A program made the translations under genes and the position numbers. Positions 1 through 8,046 of a stretch of DNA of 32,000 nt are shown here, piece after piece. The first letter of the stretch is position 1. Each line of letters starts with the position of its first letter. The stretch spans positions 715,229-747,228 of the forward strand of contig CAZKBG010000001.1 in NCBI GenBank assembly GCA_964551375.1, given 5' to 3'. Under the pieces are notes generated by a model. It was not told the DNA's origin and made no database searches. It saw only the letters and a program-made list of their open reading frames with translations. This DNA is from an uncultured archaeon (GTDB taxonomy: Archaea; Iainarchaeota; Iainarchaeia; Iainarchaeales; JAAZKV01).

Positions 1-275
1 GGTTTTCTCTGTTTAATTCTTTTATGAAGAAGCTGGCTTTGATTTAAATGAGAATGAAAATACTCATTATACATAAGAGCCTCTTTTTGGCTGGCTTTTG
101 AACCAGCAACAACTCGATTTGCCGCGTTATTTGCAATCGCGGATTTAAAAGCAGCTTTTTTTAAACGCAAATCTAAAGAGTTTGCGCGCAGTTTGCGCCT
201 CACAGGACTCATACGCATACGCGTTTTATGAATTCTAATAACCGCTCTTGCCACAGTCCTTTTTACCACTGACAC
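1..275 (-). CDS. Partial small basic protein of unknown function running off the left edge; likely cotranscribed with tgt
   Basis: Reverse strand reads V/MSVVKRTVARAVIRIHKTRMRMSPVRRKLRANSLDLRLKKAAFKSAIANNAANRVVAGSKASQKEALMYNEYFHSHLNQSQLLHKRIKQRKP with no stop to the window edge; GTG start a few nt after the tgt stop. Not in the supplied ORF track. Confidence 0.55.
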   Translation of the reverse strand, partial: MSVVKRTVARAVIRIHKTRMRMSPVRRKLRANSLDLRLKKAAFKSAIANNAANRVVAGSKASQKEALMYNEYFHSHLNQSQLLHKRIKQRK

Positions 276-281
276 AAAAAA

Positions 282-1391
282 TCACTTAGCATAATTTAAT
301 TCAAATTCTTTTTTAAGCTTCTCAAAATTATTTTCTTTAATTGCAACGCGGATGTCTTTGATTAAATTTGCAATAAAAAAAGTATTATGATAACTTAACA
401 GCATCAAGCCGTTCTGCTCATAAGTTTTAAACAAATGATGAAGGTACGCACGGGAATGATTTTTGCAAACAAAACAATTACACTTTGAATCAAGCGGTTC
501 AAAAGATTCCTTATGAACTGCCCTGTCAATTTTAATCTGCCCTTTGTGAGTAAAAATCAAGCCATGCCGAGCCATTCTTGTCGGATAGGCTGAATCAAAA
601 ATATCCACTCCGCGCTCCACTAAATTTAAAATTTCAAGGGGAGAACCCACCCCCATTAAATACACAGGGAGGTTTTCGCTGATTATTTCTTTTGTGATTT
701 GCGTCATATCATACATGCTCTTTGGATTTTCACCAATGCACAACCCGCCGACTGCGATTCCGTCAAAACCAATTGCTTCAATGCTTACTGCTGATTTTTT
801 TCTCAAATCAGGAAATGTCCCCCCTTGGGTAATTCCAAACAACAGTTGATTTTTATTTTTGTGGGCTTCTTTACAGCGCAATGCCCATTCAGTAGTTCGA
901 ATCATTGCATCAAAATATTCCTCTCTTGATTTTCCAAAATGCACAAGGTGATCAAGACACATGGCAACATCACTGCCAAGCGAATTTTGAATCTGAACTG
1001 CGCGCTCAGGAGTAATTAATTCAACGCTTTTATCAAAAGGGTTCTTGAAATAAACCCCCTTATCTGTCAAGTGATCTACAAAAGTTTCCGACAAGAGCTG
1101 AAAGCCGCCCGAGTCAGTGAAGAGAGCGCCGTTCCAGCCGAAGAACTTATGCAAGCCATCTGCTTTTTTTACCAAATCAATTCCCGGCTTTAAATAATTT
1201 ACAAAAGCATTTGTAATCAAACAATTAACTCCCATATCCTTTTCAAGTTCAGGATGAGTCACAAACTTTACCGCGCCTTTTGTAGCAACAGGCATGAAAA
1301 AGGGAGTTTCTAATTTTTTATGATGAGTAAAAAGAATGCCCGCACGCGCGCTTGAATTTTTGGATTTAGTTGTAATTTCAAAGCAACTCAT
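282..1391 (-). CDS. tgt: tRNA-guanine transglycosylase, bacterial/eukaryal-like (queuine/preQ1) type
   Basis: TDSGGFQLLS, LFGITQGG, YLMGVGSP, IFDSAYPTRMARHG and C-terminal zinc motif CNCFVCKNHSRAYLHHLF...YHN. Start trimmed from 1541 to ATG at 1391 (MSCFEITTKSKN...) because the upstream extension reads antisense through the SRP RNA. Confidence 0.93.
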   Translation of the reverse strand: MSCFEITTKSKNSSARAGILFTHHKKLETPFFMPVATKGAVKFVTHPELEKDMGVNCLITNAFVNYLKPGIDLVKKADGLHKFFGWNGALFTDSGGFQLLSETFVDHLTDKGVYFKNPFDKSVELITPERAVQIQNSLGSDVAMCLDHLVHFGKSREEYFDAMIRTTEWALRCKEAHKNKNQLLFGITQGGTFPDLRKKSAVSIEAIGFDGIAVGGLCIGENPKSMYDMTQITKEIISENLPVYLMGVGSPLEILNLVERGVDIFDSAYPTRMARHGLIFTHKGQIKIDRAVHKESFEPLDSKCNCFVCKNHSRAYLHHLFKTYEQNGLMLLSYHNTFFIANLIKDIRVAIKENNFEKLKKEFELNYAK

Positions 1392-1443
1392 ACCAATTAC
1401 CCTAATAAGTAGTCTTTTAATTATTTCAAACCACAGATATTTC

Positions 1444-1709
1444 GGACTAGACTGGGCCGCTAGCGGTGGCTTGTAACCGGAAATCCGCTTTATGCCGGGG
1501 TTGAAGCTGGGGAAGAGGTTCGTAAGCTCTGCAGACACCATGCTGTTAGCGTCGAAGCTCTGTCCTTACAGGTGTTTTTTTAAAATGAACTCCGCCAGGG
1601 CAGGAATGCAGCAACGGTAGTTTTAGAAGAAGACGCTGAAGGGAAACGGAGTGGAGTTAGCGGTATGAAATGCCTGCAATGCCTGAAAAATCCATTTTCC
1701 AGCACGTCC
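1444..1709 (+). ncRNA. Archaeal signal recognition particle (7S) RNA
   Basis: Contains TTGTAACCGGAAATCCGC...TATGCCGGGGTTGAAGC (5' domain) and TGAACTCCGCCAGGGCAGGAATGCAGCAACGGTAG (conserved helix 8 of the S domain). Terminal helix: GGAC(1444-1447)/GTCC(1706-1709) and CTGG(1452-1455)/CCAG(1699-1702), followed by a T run. Confidence 0.93.
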
Positions 1710-1802
1710 TTTTTCTACATAAATTGTTAATTAAACCAATTTTAAGCTATTTAATGGCAAAAATAACCTGTGCCGGCAAAGAAGCGGGGCTTTGAAGGAA
1801 CG

Positions 1803-1810
1803 TTTATATA
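1803..1810 (+). promoter_or_regulatory. Putative TATA box for the 57-aa ORF
   Basis: CGTTTATATACTAAA, at promoter-like spacing upstream of 1849. Confidence 0.5.
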
Positions 1811-1848
1811 CTAAAAACGCTTTTATTTAATTAATACAAGGGGTCGAA

Positions 1849-2022
1849 ATGGTTTTCGAGAAAAAAATGTCTGTCAAAGACCTTATTGAACAAATGCGGG
1901 AAGAACTGCGAAACGAGCAGGAACAAAAAGAAACGTCACAAAAACCTGCAAAGAAGGGCAAAGCAAAGCCTAAGAAAGCTAAAAAGGCAAAAGCTAAGCC
2001 AAAAAAGAAAAAGAAGAAGTAA
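1849..2022 (+). CDS. Small basic protein (57 aa) with a Lys-rich C-terminal tail, unknown function
   Basis: MVFEKKMSVKDLIEQMREELRNEQEQKETSQKPAKKGKAKPKKAKKAKAKPKKKKKK; TATA-like TTTATATA at about 1803-1810, 39 nt upstream. Below the ORF-track length cut-off. Confidence 0.65.
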   Translation: MVFEKKMSVKDLIEQMREELRNEQEQKETSQKPAKKGKAKPKKAKKAKAKPKKKKKK

Positions 2023-2023
2023 A

Positions 2024-2329
2024 TCACTTTGTTAAAGATTCCTTCTTTTTAATTTCCTTCTCAAGCGTCTTAAGAACACGCTGAACAACTTCTAAAAGCT
2101 GCCAATCAGTGTGCTCTGCAAAAAAAGTACCCCTTCCAAGAACTGCTTTTGCATGAATTTCATGCTGGGCGCGCAAGCCCCCTTTCTTATACTGTTTAAG
2201 CGAAAGCTGCAACTCCACATCAGGACCCACTTTTTTTACAAAATGAGCAATAGCCTTGTTAAACAATTCCAAGTCAACTTCATCAAGCTCAGGGAACTTA
2301 ACTAATTTTACATTTGCCGGAACATCCAT
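2024..2329 (-). CDS. Small protein (101 aa), possibly HPF/RaiA (S30AE)-like ribosome-associated factor
   Basis: Pattern VELQLSLKQYKKGGLRAQHEIHAKAVLGRGTFFAEHTDWQLLEVVQRVLKTLEKEIKKK fits the beta-beta-helix half of HPF-like proteins; weak by-eye similarity only. Confidence 0.6.
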   Translation of the reverse strand: MDVPANVKLVKFPELDEVDLELFNKAIAHFVKKVGPDVELQLSLKQYKKGGLRAQHEIHAKAVLGRGTFFAEHTDWQLLEVVQRVLKTLEKEIKKKESLTK

Positions 2330-2394
2330 AAAAACACCACATCCAAAAAAGATAGAACTCTTAATAAAATTAGTTCAATTAGTTTAAAAAAAGA

Positions 2395-4245
2395 TTGAAA
2401 AGCCAAACAAAACGCGCAAAAAAAGTGAAAACTGCCCGCGCCAGAAAGGTATTTAGTTATTACAACACAGCATATATTATGCAAAACTGCCCGAAAGAAT
2501 ACTCTAAACTTGCAAATACCGCAGTCAACCTTGCAAAAGAAAAGGGAGTAAAAAACTCCACGCTTGAAAGGACTTGGAGAGTCGCCATGGATTTGTGCGA
2601 TAAACAACTCCCTATTTCAGCAATCATTGCGGAAATAATAAAAGAAATCCCTCAAGAAAATATTTCTGAAGAAGAACTAATCAAACTATTTGGAAAAGAA
2701 GCGGTTGATATTTCAAATTATGTCAGACAGCTTAATTCAGTAATACAAAGCAATTACTTAAGAGTGCCTACTGAAACGCTGAATTCAATAATTCTTTCCA
2801 TACCAAAGGACTTTCAGCCGATAATTTTAATGATTGCTGATGTAAGCGACATGCTTGAATATAATGACAAAAGCGGGCTTGAGAAAAATTTTGCAAAAAA
2901 AGCTGAAGAAATATGGTTTCCGCTCGCAACAAAACTTGGGCTTAGCAACTACGCATGGAAACTACAGGATTACAGTTTTAGAGCAATAAACCCTGAAGGA
3001 TACGCTAAAGTCAATATGCTTGTGAATAAAGACAGAAAAGCAAGAGAACAATTAATTAAAGATGTCATAAACGAAATGCAAAAACTTTTAGCCGGAAAAA
3101 TGAAAGCAAGGATTATGGGAAGGCCAAAAACACTCAAATCAATTCATGACAAGATGAAAAAAAAACCGTTCTCAAACATACATGATATTTACGGAATAAG
3201 AATAATCTGCGACAAAGAAAAAGAATGCTACGAAGCTTTGGGATATGCGCACTCAAAATATGAAATCATACCAGAATCTTTTGATGATTATATTACAAAG
3301 CCCTGGGCTGACGGATACCAGAGCATACATACCGCTGTGCGAAGAGGAGAAGATATTATTGAAATACAAATACGAACATGGACGCACCACTTGCGTTCAA
3401 TCTCTGATAGGTACTGGAATTACAAAAAAATAATGAAAGACAAGGAATTTGAGAAAGAACTAAGCTGGGAAAGACAGCTCTTAGAGTGGCAGAAGAACGA
3501 ATCAGGAACTGGCTTAGGGAAAAAAATCAGCGGACAAAAAATATTTGCGTTTACTCCTAAAAATGAAGTAATTGCGATGCCAAACGGAGCGACAGTGGTT
3601 GATTTTGCATTTGCAGTGCACACGGATATTGGCAAAAACATGGAAGGGGCAAAAGTCAACGGCAAAGTTGTCCCAATTGAAACTAAGCTCAAAAACTTGG
3701 ACAGAGTTGAAATTATAACAAATCAAAAACCCCAGATGAAGAAAAACTGGATAGGGTTTGTAATAACAGAAAAAGCAAAACAAAAAATCAAATCAGTATT
3801 CGGGCTTAAGAGCATAAAAAAACCCGCTGCGCAAATAGGAATAAATGACATTAAAAAAATAAAAATGGCAGAATGCTGCAACCCGCTCCCGGGAGAAGAC
3901 GTAATAGGAGTAAAAACCACAAAAAGAAAAATAATAGTGCACAAAAAAGACTGCCCAAATATAAAAAAGATGGATAAATCCAAATTAATTGAAATAGGAT
4001 TTGAAAGAGACAAAGGAAAAACACAAATAAGAGTGAACGTGCTTGACAGGCCAGGAATACTTCCCGAAATACTTGACGAAATTAAAAAAGGTGGCGCAAC
4101 TTTAATCAACACAAATTTCAAAATAAAGAAAACTGGATATGCTGAAGCAATATTTGGGATTGAAATATCAAGCGCCTCAAAACTTGACAAGTTAATTGAA
4201 AGAATTGAACAAATTCCGGGCGTTATGGGCGCTGAAAGACTGTAA
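2395..4245 (+). CDS. RelA/SpoT homolog (long RSH), probable (p)ppGpp synthetase with degenerate hydrolase domain; synthetase-TGS-Cys motif-ACT architecture
   Basis: Synthetase motifs GRPKTLKSIHDKM, IHDIYGIRII, GYQSIHTAV, IIEIQIRT; TGS region KIFAFTPKNEVIAMPNGATVVDFAFAVHTDIG; AECCNPLPGEDVIG...HKKDCPN; ACT-like VNVLDRPGILPEI. TTG start. Confidence 0.93.
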   Translation: MKSQTKRAKKVKTARARKVFSYYNTAYIMQNCPKEYSKLANTAVNLAKEKGVKNSTLERTWRVAMDLCDKQLPISAIIAEIIKEIPQENISEEELIKLFGKEAVDISNYVRQLNSVIQSNYLRVPTETLNSIILSIPKDFQPIILMIADVSDMLEYNDKSGLEKNFAKKAEEIWFPLATKLGLSNYAWKLQDYSFRAINPEGYAKVNMLVNKDRKAREQLIKDVINEMQKLLAGKMKARIMGRPKTLKSIHDKMKKKPFSNIHDIYGIRIICDKEKECYEALGYAHSKYEIIPESFDDYITKPWADGYQSIHTAVRRGEDIIEIQIRTWTHHLRSISDRYWNYKKIMKDKEFEKELSWERQLLEWQKNESGTGLGKKISGQKIFAFTPKNEVIAMPNGATVVDFAFAVHTDIGKNMEGAKVNGKVVPIETKLKNLDRVEIITNQKPQMKKNWIGFVITEKAKQKIKSVFGLKSIKKPAAQIGINDIKKIKMAECCNPLPGEDVIGVKTTKRKIIVHKKDCPNIKKMDKSKLIEIGFERDKGKTQIRVNVLDRPGILPEILDEIKKGGATLINTNFKIKKTGYAEAIFGIEISSASKLDKLIERIEQIPGVMGAERL

Positions 4246-4317
4246 AACCAGCCACTCTGGCGCAAAAACGTATTTATTTAAATCGATGGGAAGACATGTT
4301 TTTGGGAGTTGGTCAGA

Positions 4318-5511
4318 ATGAAGTTAAACATACAAATAGCTGTGCTATTTATTCTTTTTATTTTTGCAGCGGGGGCAATGGCGGCTGCGCCTGACGCAAC
4401 ACAAGTCACTTACAACCCAAGCCCTGCCGTGCCAGGAACAACAATGACTGTAATTATACAGCTTGAGAACAAACAGCTTGTATCAGAAAATGATGTTTTT
4501 GTTAAACTAGAAAGCACATACCCTTTCACAGTAAAATCAAGCGAGACTGAACAAAATCCAAGAAGCATAGGAACAATGGATAAATACGCAAAAGCGCAGG
4601 CAAGCTTCACAGTTTATGTTGACCCGACAGCAGAAAATAAAACATACACTTTCCCAGTAATAGTAACTTCAAACGGAGACCAGACAGGAAAAAGAACTAC
4701 TTTTTCAATTGTAATCAGCGGAAAAAGCCCTGTTCTAAAAGTAGTATCAACAACAAACGAGAAACTTCTCCCAGGACAGGAAAAAGAAATACCAATTACA
4801 ATCCAAAACGTTGGAACAAGCCCAGCATATGATATAATTGCTGAAATACAAGAAGACAGGACTGTTACTGCAACAGGAACAGTAATTGAAAGAGACATAA
4901 CTTCAGTAGGCGCATCAACCGCATACTTAAATACAATAAATCCCGGCGAAAGAAAAGTGGCAAGCTTAAGAGTAAATGTAAGCAACACAGCAACAATCAA
5001 AAACTACCCTATTCCAATCAGAATCTCATACAGAGATGCAGCAGGAACAAGAATGACTGACACATCCTACATCGGACTCAAAGTTTTTGGAACAGCAGAT
5101 ATTGACGCAACAATAAAAGAAAGCAGCGGATCATTCTCTGTGGGACAACAGTCGCAAGTAACTGTGGAAGTTTTCAATAAAGGATTAGGAAAAGCTGATT
5201 TCACACTAATTGAAGTAAGCACCACAGACGGAACTGTTCAAACACCAAAACAATTCATTGGAACACTCGGGCCAAATGATGTGGACACAGTAAAAACAAC
5301 AATTGTATTCAACAGAAGCGGAGAACACGCAATTGATGTGAACATCACATACCAAGATGCGGATTCAACACAAAAGACAAAAACAATAACTCTGCCAGTA
5401 AAAACACAGCAAATTTCTGACGGCGGAATGAACCCAGTAATAATTATTGTCGCAATAATAGTAATTGCAGTAATAATCTGGAACTTCTTCTTAAGAAAGA
5501 AAAAGAAATAG
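4318..5511 (+). CDS. Secreted/surface protein with S-layer/CARDB-like beta-sandwich repeats and a C-terminal membrane anchor
   Basis: N-terminal signal sequence MKLNIQIAVLFILFIFAAGAMAAA; C-terminal VIIIVAIIVIAVIIWNFFLRKKKK; NVGTSPAYDI and NKGLGKADF motifs. ATG 4318 preferred over TTG 4309. Confidence 0.8.
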   Translation: MKLNIQIAVLFILFIFAAGAMAAAPDATQVTYNPSPAVPGTTMTVIIQLENKQLVSENDVFVKLESTYPFTVKSSETEQNPRSIGTMDKYAKAQASFTVYVDPTAENKTYTFPVIVTSNGDQTGKRTTFSIVISGKSPVLKVVSTTNEKLLPGQEKEIPITIQNVGTSPAYDIIAEIQEDRTVTATGTVIERDITSVGASTAYLNTINPGERKVASLRVNVSNTATIKNYPIPIRISYRDAAGTRMTDTSYIGLKVFGTADIDATIKESSGSFSVGQQSQVTVEVFNKGLGKADFTLIEVSTTDGTVQTPKQFIGTLGPNDVDTVKTTIVFNRSGEHAIDVNITYQDADSTQKTKTITLPVKTQQISDGGMNPVIIIVAIIVIAVIIWNFFLRKKKK

Positions 5512-5603
5512 AAAACGCAGAAACGCCTTTTTTAGCAGAAGCTAGAAAAGGCAAAAGCTTTTTTTAAAACAAGAACTTATTGAACTCAAACAAAAGCTTG
5601 GAA

Positions 5604-6338
5604 TCAAACATTGTAGTCTTCTTCAACCTTATGAACCTTAATCCCGTCATCAGAAATCTGAATCGGGTGCAAATCTTCGCTGTGCTTAGTCGCGCGCATT
5701 TTTCTAATATGAAGAGTACGATTGCTCTGAGTGCCAAGCCCCATATAATGCAGCACCACAACACCGTCTGCAACAAATTCTTCAACACCATACTTGCCAA
5801 TCTGCTTTGAGTCTTCATTAATTTCAGTAGTGAAGACTGTTGTAACACCGGCTCTCGAAAGAAGATAAACAATCTTTAAAACAGCCTTTCTAATCTCGTG
5901 CTCAGAGTCAAAATTCAAGCCAAGCGCAGGAATTGAATCAATAACAACCCTCTTAGCTTTGATTTTCTTAATAGCACGCATTAATTCAAGCAAAAGCTTG
6001 TCAAGATCAAACCCAGTGGCTGGGAGAGAGAATTCTTCATCACTTGGAATTCCAAGCTTAGCCATTGTTCCGTCAACAATTCTAATCATCCCCGCATCTT
6101 CATACTGGCGCAAATTCCAGCCGAACCTCAACATATCTTCCCTAATCAAGTCAGGGCGCTCATCAAGAGTAAGATAAACTCCCGGCTCGTTTAATTTAAC
6201 TCCGGAAACCAAATACTGCATCGCAAAAATAGTTTTGCCTGTCCCTGTTCCGCCTGAAATCAAAAAGCTTCTTCCTTCAGGCAGCCCGCCTTCAACCAGT
6301 TCGTCAAAACCGCCAATTCCAGTCTTAATACGATTCAT
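5604..6338 (-). CDS. Single-domain KaiC/RadA-like ATPase
   Basis: TGIGGFDELVEGGLPEGRSFLISGGTGTGKT (Walker A), KRVVIDSIPAL (Walker B), typical KaiC-family C-terminus. Confidence 0.9.
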   Translation of the reverse strand: MNRIKTGIGGFDELVEGGLPEGRSFLISGGTGTGKTIFAMQYLVSGVKLNEPGVYLTLDERPDLIREDMLRFGWNLRQYEDAGMIRIVDGTMAKLGIPSDEEFSLPATGFDLDKLLLELMRAIKKIKAKRVVIDSIPALGLNFDSEHEIRKAVLKIVYLLSRAGVTTVFTTEINEDSKQIGKYGVEEFVADGVVVLHYMGLGTQSNRTLHIRKMRATKHSEDLHPIQISDDGIKVHKVEEDYNV

Positions 6339-6417
6339 AAAATCAACAAAACAATAATGCTTTACTGGCTTATTAACTTTACCATGGGAAAGAATAGTAA
6401 ATTGGAAATAAAATTAA

Positions 6418-6435
6418 TGTCCAAGAAATTGAGTT
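6418..6435 (+). repeat. Dispersed intergenic motif, 17/18 copy
   Basis: TGTCCAAGAAATTGAGTT. Confidence 0.65.
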
Positions 6436-6509
6436 TGGTTTAATTAAAGAACTAAAAAACACTAAAAATACTAAAAAAAGCAAATTAACCAAAAAAAAGA
6501 AAAAAGAAG

Positions 6510-6583
6510 TGGGACTGGAGAGATTTGAACCCTCGACACCACGGTCTTCAGCCGTGTGCTCTCCCAGGCTGAGCTACAGTCCC
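6510..6583 (-). tRNA. tRNA-Phe (GAA)
   Basis: Reverse complement GGGACTGTAGCTCAGCCTGGGAGAGCACACGGCTGAAGACCGTGGTGTCGAGGGTTCAAATCTCTCCAGTCCCA; anticodon loop CTGAAGA; complete cloverleaf. Confidence 0.95.
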
Positions 6584-6642
6584 AGACTCCTTAAAATAAA
6601 TAGCTACCCAAAGGTTTTTAATAATCGCTAAAACAACAAAAA

Positions 6643-6993
6643 TTACAACATTTTATTGATTTTTGAAACAGAGACAACAATTGCTGATTTTGCAGGCAGC
6701 CCCTTATTTTCAGGAATTGTTTTAATCAAATCAAAATACTTTCCTGACTTTTGGACTGACGCTGTTCCAAGCAGCTCAAATCCTTTCCCATCTGTGGTGA
6801 AAAATGAAACCGCAACTTTTGGATTAGATTCAATATTTTTAACCGTTGAACGCATGTAATTATTAGTAATTACTAAATTATCCCCGTCAACTCTTGCAAA
6901 AGCAACATAAATAATATGTGGAGAAGCATCTTTGCCAACTGTCGCAAAAGACAACGTGCTTGATTCAATTAATTTTTTTAATTCAAGAGACAC
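6643..6993 (-). CDS. Pyridoxamine 5'-phosphate oxidase-like FMN-binding protein
   Basis: ELKKLIESSTLSFATVGKDASPHIIYVAFARVDGDNLVITN...TVKNIESNPKVAVSFF, typical of the split-barrel flavin family; GTG start at 6993 (ORF track extends to 7011). Confidence 0.75.
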   Translation of the reverse strand: MSLELKKLIESSTLSFATVGKDASPHIIYVAFARVDGDNLVITNNYMRSTVKNIESNPKVAVSFFTTDGKGFELLGTASVQKSGKYFDLIKTIPENKGLPAKSAIVVSVSKINKML

Positions 6994-7065
6994 TAAAGCC
7001 AACAAAATCACTAATAAAATTATAACAAAACAAAATAAAAAGCGAGCCCGTAGGAAACTAACACC

Positions 7066-7090
7066 GCAACCCCTTTAGAAAAGGTGTTGC
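7066..7090. repeat. Near-perfect inverted repeat (hairpin)
   Basis: GCAAC-C-CCTTT-AGA-AAAGG-T-GTTGC: two 5-bp stems separated by one mismatch, loop AGA. Confidence 0.6.
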
Positions 7091-7124
7091 ATCCCCAAAA
7101 TAAAAATTAAACAAAAAAAATAAG

Positions 7125-7197
7125 CGAGCCCGTAGGGAATCGAACCCTAGACACCCAGATTAAGAGTCTGGTGCTCTACCAACTGAGCTACGGGCCC
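7125..7197 (-). tRNA. tRNA-Lys (CTT)
   Basis: Reverse complement GGGCCCGTAGCTCAGTTGGTAGAGCACCAGACTCTTAATCTGGGTGTCTAGGGTTCGATTCCCTACGGGCTCG; anticodon loop CTCTTAA. Confidence 0.95.
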
Positions 7198-7284
7198 GTA
7201 GCATTACTAATCATGCGCGTAATTACCACGCGCTTTTCAAACGCACTGGCGCAGAAATTAAATTAAACCAACTATTAAATGAAA

Positions 7285-7356
7285 CGAGCCTGTAGGGAAT
7301 CGAACCCTAGACACCTGGATTAAAAGTCCAGTGCTCTACCCCTGAGCTACAGGCCC
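7285..7356 (-). tRNA. tRNA-Lys (TTT)
   Basis: Reverse complement GGGCCTGTAGCTCAGGGGTAGAGCACTGGACTTTTAATCCAGGTGTCTAGGGTTCGATTCCCTACAGGCTCG; anticodon loop CTTTTAA. Confidence 0.95.
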
Positions 7357-7413
7357 ACTAAATAAAAATGCATTAAGAAGCTTTAAAACTGTTGCTATCC
7401 GGCGCAAAAAACG

Positions 7414-8046
7414 CTACAAAAGCGGCAAATAATGCAAAAGAAGCGCTTTGCCAGCCTTGTCAACCGAGTCGCCAAAAGATACTACTCCATCAACATGCCC
7501 CCCCATTGCAAAGACTTTTTCTTTTTGAACAATATTATCACTTACAAGCGCGCTTACTTCCAGAGCCATTTCTTTAGTCCCATACTCAACGGCCGAGCTA
7601 GTGTGAGGAACTTTATCAACCAACGTGAGCCAAAGATTTTTGTTATGAACATGAAACACAGAATTAACTTTTGGCAAAGCAGAATAAATCGCAGCATGAG
7701 TAAGCGATTCAGAAGACGCCTTAACTTCGCCCACACAACTAACCCAGTTTTTTGAAAAGTCAAACGCAACTACTTTTGAATAATGCTCAGCGGAAAGCTC
7801 GCTTAACTTCCCTGTAGAAGCCCCAGTTATTATGAAAGAATTTGAAGAAGGAACTCGAACACTTAAATTCCCATACCCGACTCCATCATCATACGCGCCA
7901 ATCAAACCCAAAGAAAACAAAGTCTGGCGCCAGAAGTTTATTTCCTTAAAACCAAAAAACTCTCCCAAAGAAGACTTTTTCCAATCCAAATCAAACTTAA
8001 TATATCCTTCTTCCAAAAAACCACACAAAAAGAGACTAACAAGCAA
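7414..8046 (-). CDS. Class II aldolase/adducin-family protein (FucA/AraD-like)
   Basis: YGNLSVRVP, IITGASTGKLSEL, VFHVHNKNLW (metal-binding HxH), GGHVDGVVSFG. Confidence 0.8.
   Translation of the reverse strand: MLVSLFLCGFLEEGYIKFDLDWKKSSLGEFFGFKEINFWRQTLFSLGLIGAYDDGVGYGNLSVRVPSSNSFIITGASTGKLSELSAEHYSKVVAFDFSKNWVSCVGEVKASSESLTHAAIYSALPKVNSVFHVHNKNLWLTLVDKVPHTSSAVEYGTKEMALEVSALVSDNIVQKEKVFAMGGHVDGVVSFGDSVDKAGKALLLHYLPLL

Noticed and set aside
1392-1541. N-terminal extension of tgt in the ORF track
   Set aside because: Overlaps the SRP RNA on the opposite strand; the homologous part of TGT begins around MSCFEITTKSKNSSARAG.
1827-2027. 66-aa Phe-rich minus-strand ORF
   Set aside because: Mirror image of the Lys-rich (AAG/AAA) 57-aa plus-strand ORF; Phe-rich low-complexity peptide.
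3420-4265. Minus-strand ORFs of 89-180 aa within the RSH gene
   Set aside because: Antisense to strongly conserved synthetase/TGS/ACT coding sequence; no plausible protein features.
4410-5000. Minus-strand ORFs antisense to the 400-aa surface protein
   Set aside because: Shadow ORFs of Thr/Val-rich coding sequence.
7040-7090. Functional split-tRNA 3' half (Nanoarchaeum-like)
   Set aside because: T-arm and TpsiC loop (GTTCGA) are missing and no matching 5' half was seen; treated as a fragment.
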